The notes under the pieces are model-generated. The model had not been told where the DNA came from. It saw nothing but the letters and a program-made list of their open reading frames with translations, and did not search any database. Shown here in pieces: positions 54,626 to 64,000 of a stretch of 64,000 bases of DNA. This stretch comes from an uncultured delta proteobacterium (GTDB lineage Bacteria; Myxococcota; Kuafuiibacteriia; Kuafuiibacteriales; Kuafuiibacteriaceae), in contig CAWDML010000001.1 of NCBI GenBank assembly GCA_963803435.1, positions 2,784,001 through 2,848,000 of the forward strand. Reading direction: 5' to 3'. The stretch's first letter is position 1, and each line of letters starts with the position of its first letter. Made by a program: the position numbers and the translations under genes.

Positions 54626-56982
54626 GGGTCGTGCCGAAGCCTGCGGCCGTCGCGATCGCGATCGCGTTCGTCGCCGCCGGAGCCTTCGCGCTCGATCACC
54701 TGACGGTCTCGACCAAGATCACCCACTTCCTCGAGGGCGGCGAGGAGAACGACCTCACGCGGCTCTCGCAATCGCTGAGCGAGTCGGAGCTCCTCCGGAC
54801 GATCATCGTGACGGTCGAGACCGACAGCGCGGATCACTCGGCCGCCGCCATCGAGGATCTCTCGGCGCGGCTGGCGAAGGTGGCGGGCGTGGCCTGGGTG
54901 CGGAGCGGCGTCGATCCGGAGCTGGAGCAGGCGGTTCGCTCGCTGTACTTCGACCGCCGCCTCTACTTCGCCAGCGATCGGCCCGACGAGCTCGACCTAT
55001 CCGACCAGGGGCTGGAGGCCGCCGCCCGTGAGCTCAAGCGGCAGCTGGCGCTCCCCACCTCCACGCTGATCCGCCCGATGGTCACGGCCGATCCGCTGCT
55101 GGCGTTCCTCGGCCAGCTCCTCCGCATGCGTGCCGCCCGCACCGGCGACCTCGAGCTCCACCACGGCCGCTTCGTCACGCCCGACGGCAGGTTTGGGGTC
55201 GCCTTCCTCGCCTCCAAGGAGTCGCCCTTCAAGGGCCAGGCACCGCTGGTGGACGCGATGGACCGCGTCTTCGCCGAGACCCGCGCGGCCCATCCCGAGA
55301 TCCGCGGCATCGAGGAGAGCGGCGTCCATCGCTTCGCCGTGAGCTCCGAGCGATCGATCGTCGCCGACGTCTCCCGGATCTCCACGTTGTCCACCTTGGG
55401 CGTCCTGATCCTCTTCCTGATCCTCTTCCGCTCGTTCCGCTACGTGATCCTGACGCTGATCCCCATGGTCACCGGGATCTGCGCCTCGATCACCGCCTGC
55501 GCGATCGGCTTCCCTTCGATCCACGGCGTCACGCTGGCATTCGGAAGCTCGATGATCGGCGTCTGCGTGGATTACGGCGTCCACCTGCTCAACCACCACG
55601 CCCTCTCCACCGAGAAGACCACGCCCGCCCAGACACTCGCGCGCGTATGGCCGGGTCTGGTCCTCGGCTGCGCCACCACCGCCGCCGGGCTGGCCGCGAT
55701 GCTGTGGACCACCTTCCCCGGGATCAAGGAGATCGCCGTGTTCTCGGTGGTCGGCGTGATCGCGTCGCTCGCCACCACGCGCCTGGTGCTCCCCGCGTTC
55801 CTGCCGCTGGCGCGAACGCCGGTGAAGCTCCACCGCGCGCTCGCCGACGCCCTCGGCCGCGCCCTCGACGCGGTGCTGTCCCGCCGCCGCCTGATCCTCC
55901 TCGGCTGGATCCCGATCATCGCGATCGCCGCGGTCGGCTATCCGCGCCTCACCTGGAACGATCAGCTCTCCGCGCTCAACCACCTCGATCCCGCGCTCTT
56001 GGCGGAGGACGTCCGCGTGCGCGAGCGCGTGTCCCGCATGGAGGGCGGGCAGATCGTGGCGGTGGTGGGCGACACCGAGGAGCAGGCCCTCGAGCGCAAT
56101 GACCGCGTGTATCAGGCGCTCGAGCGCGGCGGCCACGTGGAGCAGTTCCGGTCCCTCCACGCGTTCCTCTGGTCGGAGAGGCTCCAGCGCGAGAACCTCG
56201 AGAAGATCGAGGGCGCCGGGCTGGCCGAGCGTCTCCCGGCCGCCTTCGCGAAGGAGGGCTTCTCGGCCGACGCCTTCGCGCCCTTCGTGAAGAGCCTGAC
56301 GGCCACCGTGGCGCCGCTGTCGTGGTCCGATCTGGAGGCCACGCCGATCGGTCCGTTGATCCGCCCGTTCCGCGGCGAGCTCGAGGGGAAGACGGCGCTC
56401 TACACCTTCGTGCGCGGTGTCAAGGATCCGGAGGCGCTCGCCGCCGACCTGGCGCCGATCGAGGGCGCGTTCTACTTCGATCAGCACCGATTTCTCGCCG
56501 AGGCCTACGGCCGCTACCGCGAGCGGACGATGGAGCTGATGGGGTTCGGTCTGGTGATCGTCTTCCTGATCGTGCTGATCCGCTACCGGAGGATGCGGCT
56601 GACGATCGCGGCGTTCGTCCCCTCGCTGCTGGCCGCCGCCTCCACGCTCGGCTTCCTGGGGATCGTCGGGCTGGAGGCGAACCTCATGCACCTGGTCGCG
56701 CTGCTCCTGGTGCTGAGCATGGGCGTCGACTATGGCATCTTCATGGTCGAGCACCGCACGCCCGGCGTGGAGCGATCAGCGTCGTTGCTCTCGATCGTGA
56801 TCGCGTGCCTCACCACCGTGCTCTCGTTCGGCGCGCTGGCGCTGTCGAGCAACCCGGCGCTGCGCGCGCTCGGAGTCGCGGTGTTCGTCGGTGATGTGCT
56901 CGCGCTCCTCCTGGCGCCGACCGCGCTCGGATTGCTTCCGGAGCGGGATCGATCGCTTGACCCGACCGGCATTGACCCCTAA
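54622..56982 (+). CDS. MMPL/RND-superfamily exporter
   Basis: ATGA overlap with the previous gene; TLAFGSSMIGVCVDYGVH, FPGIKEIAVFS, LSMGVDYGIF, TTVLSFGALALSSNPAL. Confidence 0.88.
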   Translation: MRVVPKPAAVAIAIAFVAAGAFALDHLTVSTKITHFLEGGEENDLTRLSQSLSESELLRTIIVTVETDSADHSAAAIEDLSARLAKVAGVAWVRSGVDPELEQAVRSLYFDRRLYFASDRPDELDLSDQGLEAAARELKRQLALPTSTLIRPMVTADPLLAFLGQLLRMRAARTGDLELHHGRFVTPDGRFGVAFLASKESPFKGQAPLVDAMDRVFAETRAAHPEIRGIEESGVHRFAVSSERSIVADVSRISTLSTLGVLILFLILFRSFRYVILTLIPMVTGICASITACAIGFPSIHGVTLAFGSSMIGVCVDYGVHLLNHHALSTEKTTPAQTLARVWPGLVLGCATTAAGLAAMLWTTFPGIKEIAVFSVVGVIASLATTRLVLPAFLPLARTPVKLHRALADALGRALDAVLSRRRLILLGWIPIIAIAAVGYPRLTWNDQLSALNHLDPALLAEDVRVRERVSRMEGGQIVAVVGDTEEQALERNDRVYQALERGGHVEQFRSLHAFLWSERLQRENLEKIEGAGLAERLPAAFAKEGFSADAFAPFVKSLTATVAPLSWSDLEATPIGPLIRPFRGELEGKTALYTFVRGVKDPEALAADLAPIEGAFYFDQHRFLAEAYGRYRERTMELMGFGLVIVFLIVLIRYRRMRLTIAAFVPSLLAAASTLGFLGIVGLEANLMHLVALLLVLSMGVDYGIFMVEHRTPGVERSASLLSIVIACLTTVLSFGALALSSNPALRALGVAVFVGDVLALLLAPTALGLLPERDRSLDPTGIDP

Positions 56983-56990
56983 GAGCCCCC

Positions 56991-58190
56991 ATGCGCATTT
57001 GCCCGCTGGCGCTCCTCTCCCTGGCGCTGTTCGCGTGCGAGCAGAAGCCCGGCGCCGATCAGACCGACAAGAGCGGTCAGCCGCCCGAGACCAGCGGCGA
57101 GGCGGAGACCGACGAGCCCGTCCCGGCCCCCGGCGACACGATCCTGATCGGTGAGGTCGCCTCGCTCAGCGGCGCGCAGGCGACCTTCGGGATCTCGTCG
57201 CGCAACGGGATCGAGATGGCGATCAGGGAGGTCAACGCCGCCGGCGGGGTCAACGGCAAGAAGCTGGCTGTGCGCGTGTACGACGATCAAGGCAAGCCGG
57301 AGGAGGCCGCCAACGCAGTCACGCGGCTGATCGCGCAGGACGGCGTGAAGGTGATCCTCGGCGAGATCGCCTCCACCAATTCGCTGGCGATGGCCCCCAA
57401 GGCGCAAGCTGCGCAGATCCCGATGATCTCGCCGTCTTCCACCAGCCCCAAGGTGACCGAGGTCGGCGACTACATCTTCCGGGTCTGCTTCATCGATCCG
57501 TTCCAGGGCCTGGTGATGGCCAGGTTCGCGCGCGAGAGCCTCAAGGCGAAGACCGGCGCGATCCTCCGCGATCAGAAGAGCGACTACTCGATCGGCCTGG
57601 CCGAGGTCTTCGCCGAGCAGTTCGCGAAGATGGGCGGAAAGATCGTCTCCACCGAGGCCTTCGCCCAGGGCGACACCGACTTCCGCGCGCAGCTCACCTC
57701 GATCAAGGGCAAGAAGCCCGACGTCCTCTTCGTCCCCGGCTACTACACCGACGTCGGCTTGATCGCTCGCCAGGCCCGCGAGCTCGGGATCCGGTCCACG
57801 CTGCTCGGCGGCGACGGCTGGGAGTCGGAGAAGCTCTTCGAGCTGGGCGGGAGCGCCGTCGAGGGCGCGTACTATTCGAACCACTACTCGGTCGAGGATC
57901 CCTCACCGCGGGTCCAGCGGTTCCTGACCGCCTACCAGAAGGCCTACGGCGTGGTCCCCGACTCGCCGGCGGCCCTCGGCTACGACGCCACCATGGTCGC
58001 GGTCGAGGCGATGCGACGCGCGCCCGATCTCTCCGGCCCATCGCTCCGCGACGCCATCGCCGCCACCAAGGACTTCGAGGGCGTCGCCGGCAAGATCACC
58101 ATCGATGAGAACCGCAACGCGATGAAGCCGGCCGTCGTGCTTCAGGTGTCCGGCGGCAAGGTCAAGTTCGTCACCAGCATCAGCCCCTGA
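56991..58190 (+). CDS. Branched-chain amino acid ABC transporter substrate-binding lipoprotein (LivJ/LivK)
   Basis: Lipobox LFAC, IGEVASLSG, EVNAAGGVNGK, DDQGKPEEA, IFRVCFIDPFQG, DFRAQLTSIK, LGGDGW, LGYDA. Confidence 0.93.
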   Translation: MRICPLALLSLALFACEQKPGADQTDKSGQPPETSGEAETDEPVPAPGDTILIGEVASLSGAQATFGISSRNGIEMAIREVNAAGGVNGKKLAVRVYDDQGKPEEAANAVTRLIAQDGVKVILGEIASTNSLAMAPKAQAAQIPMISPSSTSPKVTEVGDYIFRVCFIDPFQGLVMARFARESLKAKTGAILRDQKSDYSIGLAEVFAEQFAKMGGKIVSTEAFAQGDTDFRAQLTSIKGKKPDVLFVPGYYTDVGLIARQARELGIRSTLLGGDGWESEKLFELGGSAVEGAYYSNHYSVEDPSPRVQRFLTAYQKAYGVVPDSPAALGYDATMVAVEAMRRAPDLSGPSLRDAIAATKDFEGVAGKITIDENRNAMKPAVVLQVSGGKVKFVTSISP

Positions 58191-58193
58191 GGC

Positions 58194-59124
58194 ATGGCCG
58201 ACTTCTTCCAGCACCTCATCAACGGCCTCGCCTCCGGCACCATCTACGCCCTCGTGGCCCTGGGCTACACGATGGTCTACGGCGTGCTGAAGCTGATCAA
58301 CTTCGCCCACGGCGACGTGATGATGGTCGGCTGCTACGTCGGCTACGCCACCGCGCTCGAGCTGGGGCGCGAGCGCCAGTCGTCTTTCCTCGGCGTCATC
58401 CTGGTCTTCCTGGCGGCCATGGCGAGCTGCGCGCTGCTCGGCTTGCTGATCGAGCGGTTCGCGTACCGCCCGCTCCGCGACAAGCCCCGCCTCACCTCGT
58501 TGATCACCGCCATCGGGATCTCGTTCACGCTCTCCTACGGCTTCCAGCTCGACTTCGGGCCGCTGCCCGGCGCCGCGCCCAAGGCCTTCCCGGAGATCAT
58601 CCGCCCCGTTGAGTGGCTGATCGTGTTCGGCGATCGCGACGTCGTGATCTGGAACTGGCAGCTGATCTCGTTCGGCATCGCGATCGCGCTGATGCTCGGC
58701 GCTGCAGTATCTGGTGTTCCGCACCCGCTTCGGCAGAGCCATGCGCGCGGTGAGCTTCGATCACCGGACCGCCGGCGCTGATGGGCATCCCCACCGATCG
58801 CGATCATCGCAGTCACGTTCATGCTGGGCTCGCGCGCTCGCGGCCTGCGCCGGCATCCTCTACGCGATCAAGGACACCGCCATCCAGCCGCTGATGGGCC
58901 TCTACGTCGGCCTGAAGGCGTTCGTGGCCGCGGTGATCGGCGGGCATCGGCAACGTCGCCGGGCGCCGTGGTCGGCGGCCTGCTCCTGGGCCTGGTCGAG
59001 GAGTTCGTCGTCGGCTACACCGCCTCGAGCTGGCGCGACGCCGTCGCGTTCGGCTTCCTGATCGTCGTCCTGCTCGTCAAGCCGGAGGGCCTGTTCGGCC
59101 GGGCCGTCGCCGGAGAAGGTGTGA
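58194..59124 (+). CDS. livH: Branched-chain amino acid ABC permease LivH; several frameshifts after 58690
   Basis: QHLINGLASGTIYALVALGYTMVYGVLKLINFAHGD; fragments RTRFGRAMRAVS, GLKAFVAAVIGG and LLVKPEGLFG lie in different frames. Confidence 0.88.
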
Positions 59125-59130
59125 GCCGAG

Positions 59131-60170
59131 ATGGCCCGCGTCCCGATGGCCCTCCGCGGCGTGCTGCCGGTCCTGATCGCGCTCCCCTTCCTGGCGGCGC
59201 TCGACCTGGTGCACGCGCTCGATGCCGTTCTTCATCTACCTCGCGTCGATCGTCGGGCGTGAACATCATCCTGGCGGTGTCGCTCAACATCGTGAACGGA
59301 ATGACCGGACAGTTCTCGATCGGCCACGCCGGATTCATGGCGGTGGGCGCGTACATGGGCGGCAAGCTGAGCCTGGCGCTGTCCTCGATGGCGATCTCGG
59401 GCCTGCCCGTGCCGATGTCCGATCAGATGCATGTTCGTGCTTCTCGCTCCTCGCCGGCGGCGCCTCTGCGGCCGTGTTCGGCTTCGTCGTGGGCCTCCCC
59501 TCGCTCCGCCTCAAGGGCGACTATCTCGCGATCGTCACGCTCGGCTTCGGCGAGATCATCCGCGTCATCGTGCAGAACACCGAGGCCCTCGGGCGCGCGC
59601 TCGGGCTCTCCGGGCATCCCGCAGTACCTCGAGCCTCTTCATGGTCTGGCTCTGGGTCTTCCTCACCGTGCTGGTCGGCGCGCCGGATCGCCTCCTCCAC
59701 GCACGGGCCGATCGCTGCTGGGCGGTCCGCGAGGACGAGGTCGCCGCCGAGGCGATGGGCGTGGACACCACCGCCTACAAGGTGCGCGCGTTCGTGATCT
59801 CCTCGTTCTTCGCCGGCGTTGCAGGCGCGCTGTTCGCGCACTTCGTCCCGATCATCAACCCCGGCTCCTTCACGTTCGTGAAGTCGATGGAGGTGGTGGT
59901 GATGGTGGTGGCGGGCGGCCTGGGATCGACCAGCGGCGCCGTGGGCGCAGCGGTCATTCCTCACGCTTCTGCCGGAGGCGATGCGGACGGTCTTCGCCTC
60001 GGGCGCAGGCGACATGGTCGATGGCGCAGCGGGTCGACCAGATCCGCATGCCCGTCTACGGCCTGCTCCTGGTGGCCTGATGCTGGCGCGACCGCAGGGC
60101 ATGCTCGGCACCAAGGAGATCTCGGCAGCTCGGCTGGATGCGGCGCCTGCGGAGGTCGCCGAAGCCGTGA
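59131..60170 (+). CDS. livM: Branched-chain amino acid ABC permease LivM; multiple frameshifts
   Basis: Fragments [64 protein letters not shown] and LMLARPQG. Confidence 0.85.
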
Positions 60171-61020
60171 GCGACGCCGTCCTCTCCGGCAGAGCACGTC
60201 GGCATCCGGTTCGGCGGTCTGACCGCACTCGACGACTTCAACCTGACGGTCGGCACGGACGATCTGTTCGGGCTCATCGGCCCCAACGGTGCCGGCAAGA
60301 CCACCGCCTTCAACCTCCTCACTGGCGTGTACCTCCCCACCACCGGAGAGATCCGCGTCTCGGGCACGCGGGTGAACGGGAGGAAGCCGCACCAGATCAA
60401 CCGTCTCGGGCTGGCGAGGACGTTCCAGAACATCCGGCTCTTCAAGGAGCTCACGGCCATCGACAACGTACGGGTGGCGCGCCTCGCCGAGGCCGCGCGC
60501 CCGCTCTTCTCGAAGGGCGTCACACGGCGCCTGCCCTGGCTTCAGCCCTGGAACAACTACTACGACTGGTGGCGCGCCCTGCTGCTCACGCCCGGATACC
60601 TTCGCGAGGAGCGGGAGGTGACCGAGAGCTCAGAATCGTTGCTCGAGGTGATGGGCCTCCTTCACCGCCGCGACGAGGTTTCGAAGAACCTCCCCTACGG
60701 CGAGCAGCGGCGCCTCGAGATCGCGCGCGCGCTCGCCACGCGCCCCAGCGTGCTCCTCCTCGACGAGCCTGCCGCCGGCATGAATACCAAGGAGAAGATC
60801 GATCTGATGGACCTGATCCAGCAGCTCCGCGAGCGCTTCTCGCTCGGGATCCTGGTGATCGAGCACGACATGAAGCTGGTGATGGGGATCTGCGAGATCG
60901 ATCACCGTGCTCGATCACGGCGAGACCATCGCCGTCGGTTCACCGAGCGAGGTCAAGCGCGATCCCAAAGTGATCGAAGCCTACCTCGGCGACGCCTCGC
61001 CGGTGCAGAAGGGCGCCTGA
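60167..61020 (+). CDS. livG: Branched-chain amino acid ABC ATPase LivG; frameshifts
   Basis: [76 protein letters not shown]. Confidence 0.9.
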
Positions 61021-61762
61021 TGGAGGTCCTCGGAGAGCGCGAGGCGAAGCGAGACGATCCTGGAGGTCGCCGACCTCGCGGTCGCGTACGGCGCCGATCA
61101 GCGCGCTGCGCGGGATTTCGCTGTCGATCGGGAGGGGCGAGGTCGTCGCGCTGATCGGCGGCAACGGGGCCGGCAAGAGCAGCACGCTCCGCGCCGTCAG
61201 CGGGATGCTCCGGCCGAACGGGGGCCGGATCGTCTTCGACGGTCGAGACGTCACCGGGCTCCCTTCGCACGCGCTCGTTCCGCGCGGCATGGCGCACGCG
61301 CCCGAGGGACGCGGGATCTTTCCCAACATGACGGTCGAGGAGAACCTCGACCTGGGCGCGTACGTCCGGCGCGACGCCGCCGGCATAGACGAGGATCGCG
61401 CCGCTGCGTTCCGCCTCTTCCCGCTGCTCGAGGAGCGCAGGCGGCAGTCCGCCGGCACGCTCTCGGGAGGGGAGCAGCAGATGCTCGCGATCTCCCGGGC
61501 GCTGATGAGCCGACCTCGCCTCCTCCTGCTCGACGAGCCCTCCCTGGGCCTGGCGCCCCAGATCGTGGCCCGCATCTTCGAGACGCTGCGCGAGGTGAAC
61601 GCGCGGGGCGTCTCGATCCTCCTGGTGGAGCAGAACGCCCACCTCGCGCTGTCCCTCGCGCACTACGGCTACGTGCTGGAGACGGGCGAGCTCGTCATGG
61701 CGGGTCCGGGCCGCGCGCTCCTCGAGAGCCCGCAGGTCCGCGAAGTGTATCTGGGCGAGTGA
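61020..61762 (+). CDS. livF: Branched-chain amino acid ABC ATPase LivF; 5' frameshifts
   Basis: LIGGNGAGKSS, HAPEGRGIF, TLSGGEQQMLAISRALM, LDEPSLGLAP, LVEQN, YVLETG, VREVYLG. Confidence 0.92.
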
Positions 61763-61783
61763 TCGCAGCGGTGGCGTCCGACG
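61671..61783 (+). repeat. 113-bp direct repeat, copy 1 (livF 3' end plus 21 bp downstream)
   Basis: Aligns without gaps to 63834-63946; I count 10 mismatches in 113 bp. Confidence 0.95.
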
Positions 61784-61816
61784 GGGGCGTGCGGCGCCTG
61801 GCCGAACGCCGGTCGA

Positions 61817-63511
61817 TCATTGCGGTAGGGAGTAGTGGACGGCCTCGATGACCGCGTCGTTGAACGCCTCATGGAAGAAGCCGCGTACCTTTTCGGCGAT
61901 CCCGCGCTGGGTGAAGGGGACGCCGACCTGAATGACCGCTGAAATGTCGTCGGTTCGATCGGTGATCGAGTCCTCTGCCTGGCCGGCGTAGGCGCTCGCG
62001 ATCCGGTCGCGGACCAGGGCGAAGTCGGTGCGGTCGCGATCGTCGCTGGAAAGGAGGAGGTACGGGCCATCGGGGTGCTTGAACACGTGCACTGCGTGAT
62101 AGCTCTTCCCGGCGGTGCTCTTGAAGCCGACCCAGATCGAGGTGACGCTCTCGTCCGGACGCTCGCTCGCTTCCAGCCATTCGGGCGTGACGTTCTTGAA
62201 GCTCGGGTTCTCCGCCGCGTACTTCTCGCGCTCGACCGCCGAGCTCGCGTCTTGCCTCTCGAAGTAGGCGCGAAGGTCATCGGAGTAGTCGTCCTTCTTG
62301 GCTGCGTCTCCGACGTAGAGCAGCCGATGGGCTTCGAGATCTCCGATCAGGGACCGCGTGAAGATGGCGCGACCGTCACTCACGGCGATGTTGTTGATGA
62401 CCAGACCCTGCGTCAGCTCCAGGATGAAGTGCTTCTCATCCGGGAACACACGGTCCTCGACGGAGAGGTAGCGGTACCATAGCCGGATCTCGATCAGATA
62501 GCCGGGCGGCGCACGCTGCACCACGATCCGGTTGCTGACCTGATCATACTCGGCGTGACGCACTTGCTCCGGATCCGCGCTGATCGAGTAGTCGTAGAGC
62601 TCACCGAAGAGATCCAGCTCGATGATGATGTTCTTCGCGTCGATCTTCCCTGCGTTCTTGATCCGCAGCAGCGCGAAGCGGTTTGGAAAGGCCTCGCGCA
62701 TCCTGGCTCGCTCCTGCTCCAGTGCGAGGAACTCGCGTGCTCCGCCAGCGCCGAGGGCGCTCTCGAGCTTCGCTGCATCTCCCTCCAGGGTGCTGTTGAA
62801 CCACATCCGCAGGCTGGCGAGCGTCTGAGTCACCGTGCTGCTCTGGCCGAGGACCTCGACGGTCGACCCGTGATCACGCCCTCCCAGCACCTCCTCCCCA
62901 ACAGGATGGCGCGCGAGCAGTCGAGCGTACTTCGAAAAGAGCGCCTGGCGATCCCGCATCACCCGGCCCGGCCACTCGCTCGGATGATCGCTCCGCCGGG
63001 AGTAGTACGGAAATCCCGGGAAGGTCTCCACCTGATCCATGACCTGGGCCATGGGATCGACCGCGAACGGATCGATCATCTCCGCGATCGCCACCGAATA
63101 CTCGACCTTCGGGATCGGCTCGAAGACCGAAGCCGGCAGGATCCGCGGCAGAATGATCGCGAGTCCCAGGAACAGGATAGCGGTCATTCCGACGATGAAG
63201 GTGAGGTTGATGACTCGGGTCATCAGGGTGATCTTGGCTTCGGGATCGATCGGAGCGAGGAGCGACACCGGCATCAACCGAGGAAGCGAGTAGGAGACGA
63301 TCGACACGATGATCGCCGTGATTGCGAGCAGGAAGGTGAAGTTGATGATCTGGGTGAGGATCTCGAACGAACCCTCGGCTGTGAGCGGGGTGATGATGCC
63401 CGCGCGAAGCACCCGCGAGAAGACGAGGTAGACGAGGAGGAGCAAGAGGCCTCCGCCGCCGACGTAGCGACGAAATTGCACCAGGAGGCGCAGCGACCCG
63501 GATGGGTTCAT
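61817..63511 (-). CDS. Hypothetical membrane-anchored protein (3 N-terminal TMs, large soluble domain)
   Basis: ATG 63511 overlaps the stop of the upstream small gene (ATGA). Hydrophobic N-terminus; central LRIKNAGKIDAKNIIIEL resembles an Ig-like strand pattern. Confidence 0.8.
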   Translation of the reverse strand: MNPSGSLRLLVQFRRYVGGGGLLLLLVYLVFSRVLRAGIITPLTAEGSFEILTQIINFTFLLAITAIIVSIVSYSLPRLMPVSLLAPIDPEAKITLMTRVINLTFIVGMTAILFLGLAIILPRILPASVFEPIPKVEYSVAIAEMIDPFAVDPMAQVMDQVETFPGFPYYSRRSDHPSEWPGRVMRDRQALFSKYARLLARHPVGEEVLGGRDHGSTVEVLGQSSTVTQTLASLRMWFNSTLEGDAAKLESALGAGGAREFLALEQERARMREAFPNRFALLRIKNAGKIDAKNIIIELDLFGELYDYSISADPEQVRHAEYDQVSNRIVVQRAPPGYLIEIRLWYRYLSVEDRVFPDEKHFILELTQGLVINNIAVSDGRAIFTRSLIGDLEAHRLLYVGDAAKKDDYSDDLRAYFERQDASSAVEREKYAAENPSFKNVTPEWLEASERPDESVTSIWVGFKSTAGKSYHAVHVFKHPDGPYLLLSSDDRDRTDFALVRDRIASAYAGQAEDSITDRTDDISAVIQVGVPFTQRGIAEKVRGFFHEAFNDAVIEAVHYSLPQ

Positions 63512-63768
63512 GCCTCTTCGTTGGCTCGCTTCTTCAGAAGGCCGGTCCACACGAAGCTGCCGATGCCGAGCACCACGGCGACCAAGGCCAACCAGAACAG
63601 ATACGAGAGGACTCTACTGATCAGGAGCGCGGTCTGATCAGAGCCGACGCTGGAGAAGACATTCATCTCGAGGATCTTCGCGTAGACGAAGTACAGGGCC
63701 AGGACGACGAGGCCGGCCAGCGAGAGCGGCGTCCGAATGCGCTCGATGATTCCCGAAACGGCTTCCAT
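63508..63768 (-). CDS. Small 2-TM membrane protein
   Basis: 86 aa with two hydrophobic helices; similar to the N-terminus of the downstream protein. Confidence 0.75.
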   Translation of the reverse strand: MEAVSGIIERIRTPLSLAGLVVLALYFVYAKILEMNVFSSVGSDQTALLISRVLSYLFWLALVAVVLGIGSFVWTGLLKKRANEEA

Positions 63769-63833
63769 TGCGGATCGATCTTAAAGCTGAGCCGAGCGCG
63801 ATGGGCTGGGACAACGGTCCCACATGGGCGGGC

Positions 63834-63946
63834 ACCTGCTGGAGACGGGCGAGATCGTCATGGCGGGTCCGGGCCGCCCGCTCCTCGAGGGCCCGAGGGT
63901 CCGCAAAGTGTATCTGGGCGAGTGATCGCGGGTGTGGCGTCCGACG
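63834..63946 (+). repeat. 113-bp direct repeat, copy 2 (orphan livF 3' fragment)
   Basis: Encodes LLETGEIVMAGPGRPLLEGPRVRKVYLGE*, against VLETGELVMAGPGRALLESPQVREVYLGE* in livF. Confidence 0.95.
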
Positions 63947-64000
63947 TGCATGCGCGAGAAGGGAGGAAGTGGTGGGGAATACGTTCAAGCCGCCGTGCGA

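Overview
A very GC-rich, gene-dense bacterial chromosome segment whose gene content suggests Myxococcota or another deltaproteobacterium: a Hanks kinase, PilZ/J/TPR and zinc-ribbon proline-rich proteins, and a fibre-like collagen protein. Many single-base indels split conserved genes, most densely in the liv operon, which looks more like long-read assembly error than gene decay. Recognisable housekeeping content includes a cystathionine gamma-lyase/synthase, an M16 peptidase, an ECF sigma/ZAS anti-sigma/S41 protease unit, mutS2, RNase J, an NDP-sugar epimerase, tatA/tatB/tatC, a PhaR-like regulator, a GMC oxidoreductase pair with TetR, the NAD salvage operon pncB-pncA-nadE-nrtR with an NrtR box, a tripartite RND pump, three MMPL transporters and livJHMGF. 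The best leads are: (1) a co-directional cluster at 11.8-20.6 kb with a SycD/LcrH-like chaperone coupled to a 599-aa possible effector, and a 969-aa secretion-substrate-like protein behind a sigma-28-like promoter, interleaved with an NYN nuclease and a tandem Nudix protein; (2) a TatC with a ~125-aa pseudo-receiver-like insertion in its first periplasmic loop; (3) a 2163-bp unit carrying two related membrane genes between 113-bp direct repeats of the livF 3' end; (4) an IS1182-family element with ~60-bp inverted repeats containing hexamer arrays, inserted at a CTAG that supplies a neighbouring stop codon. I saw no rRNA, tRNA or CRISPR array. All family assignments come from motif recognition by eye, not database searches.
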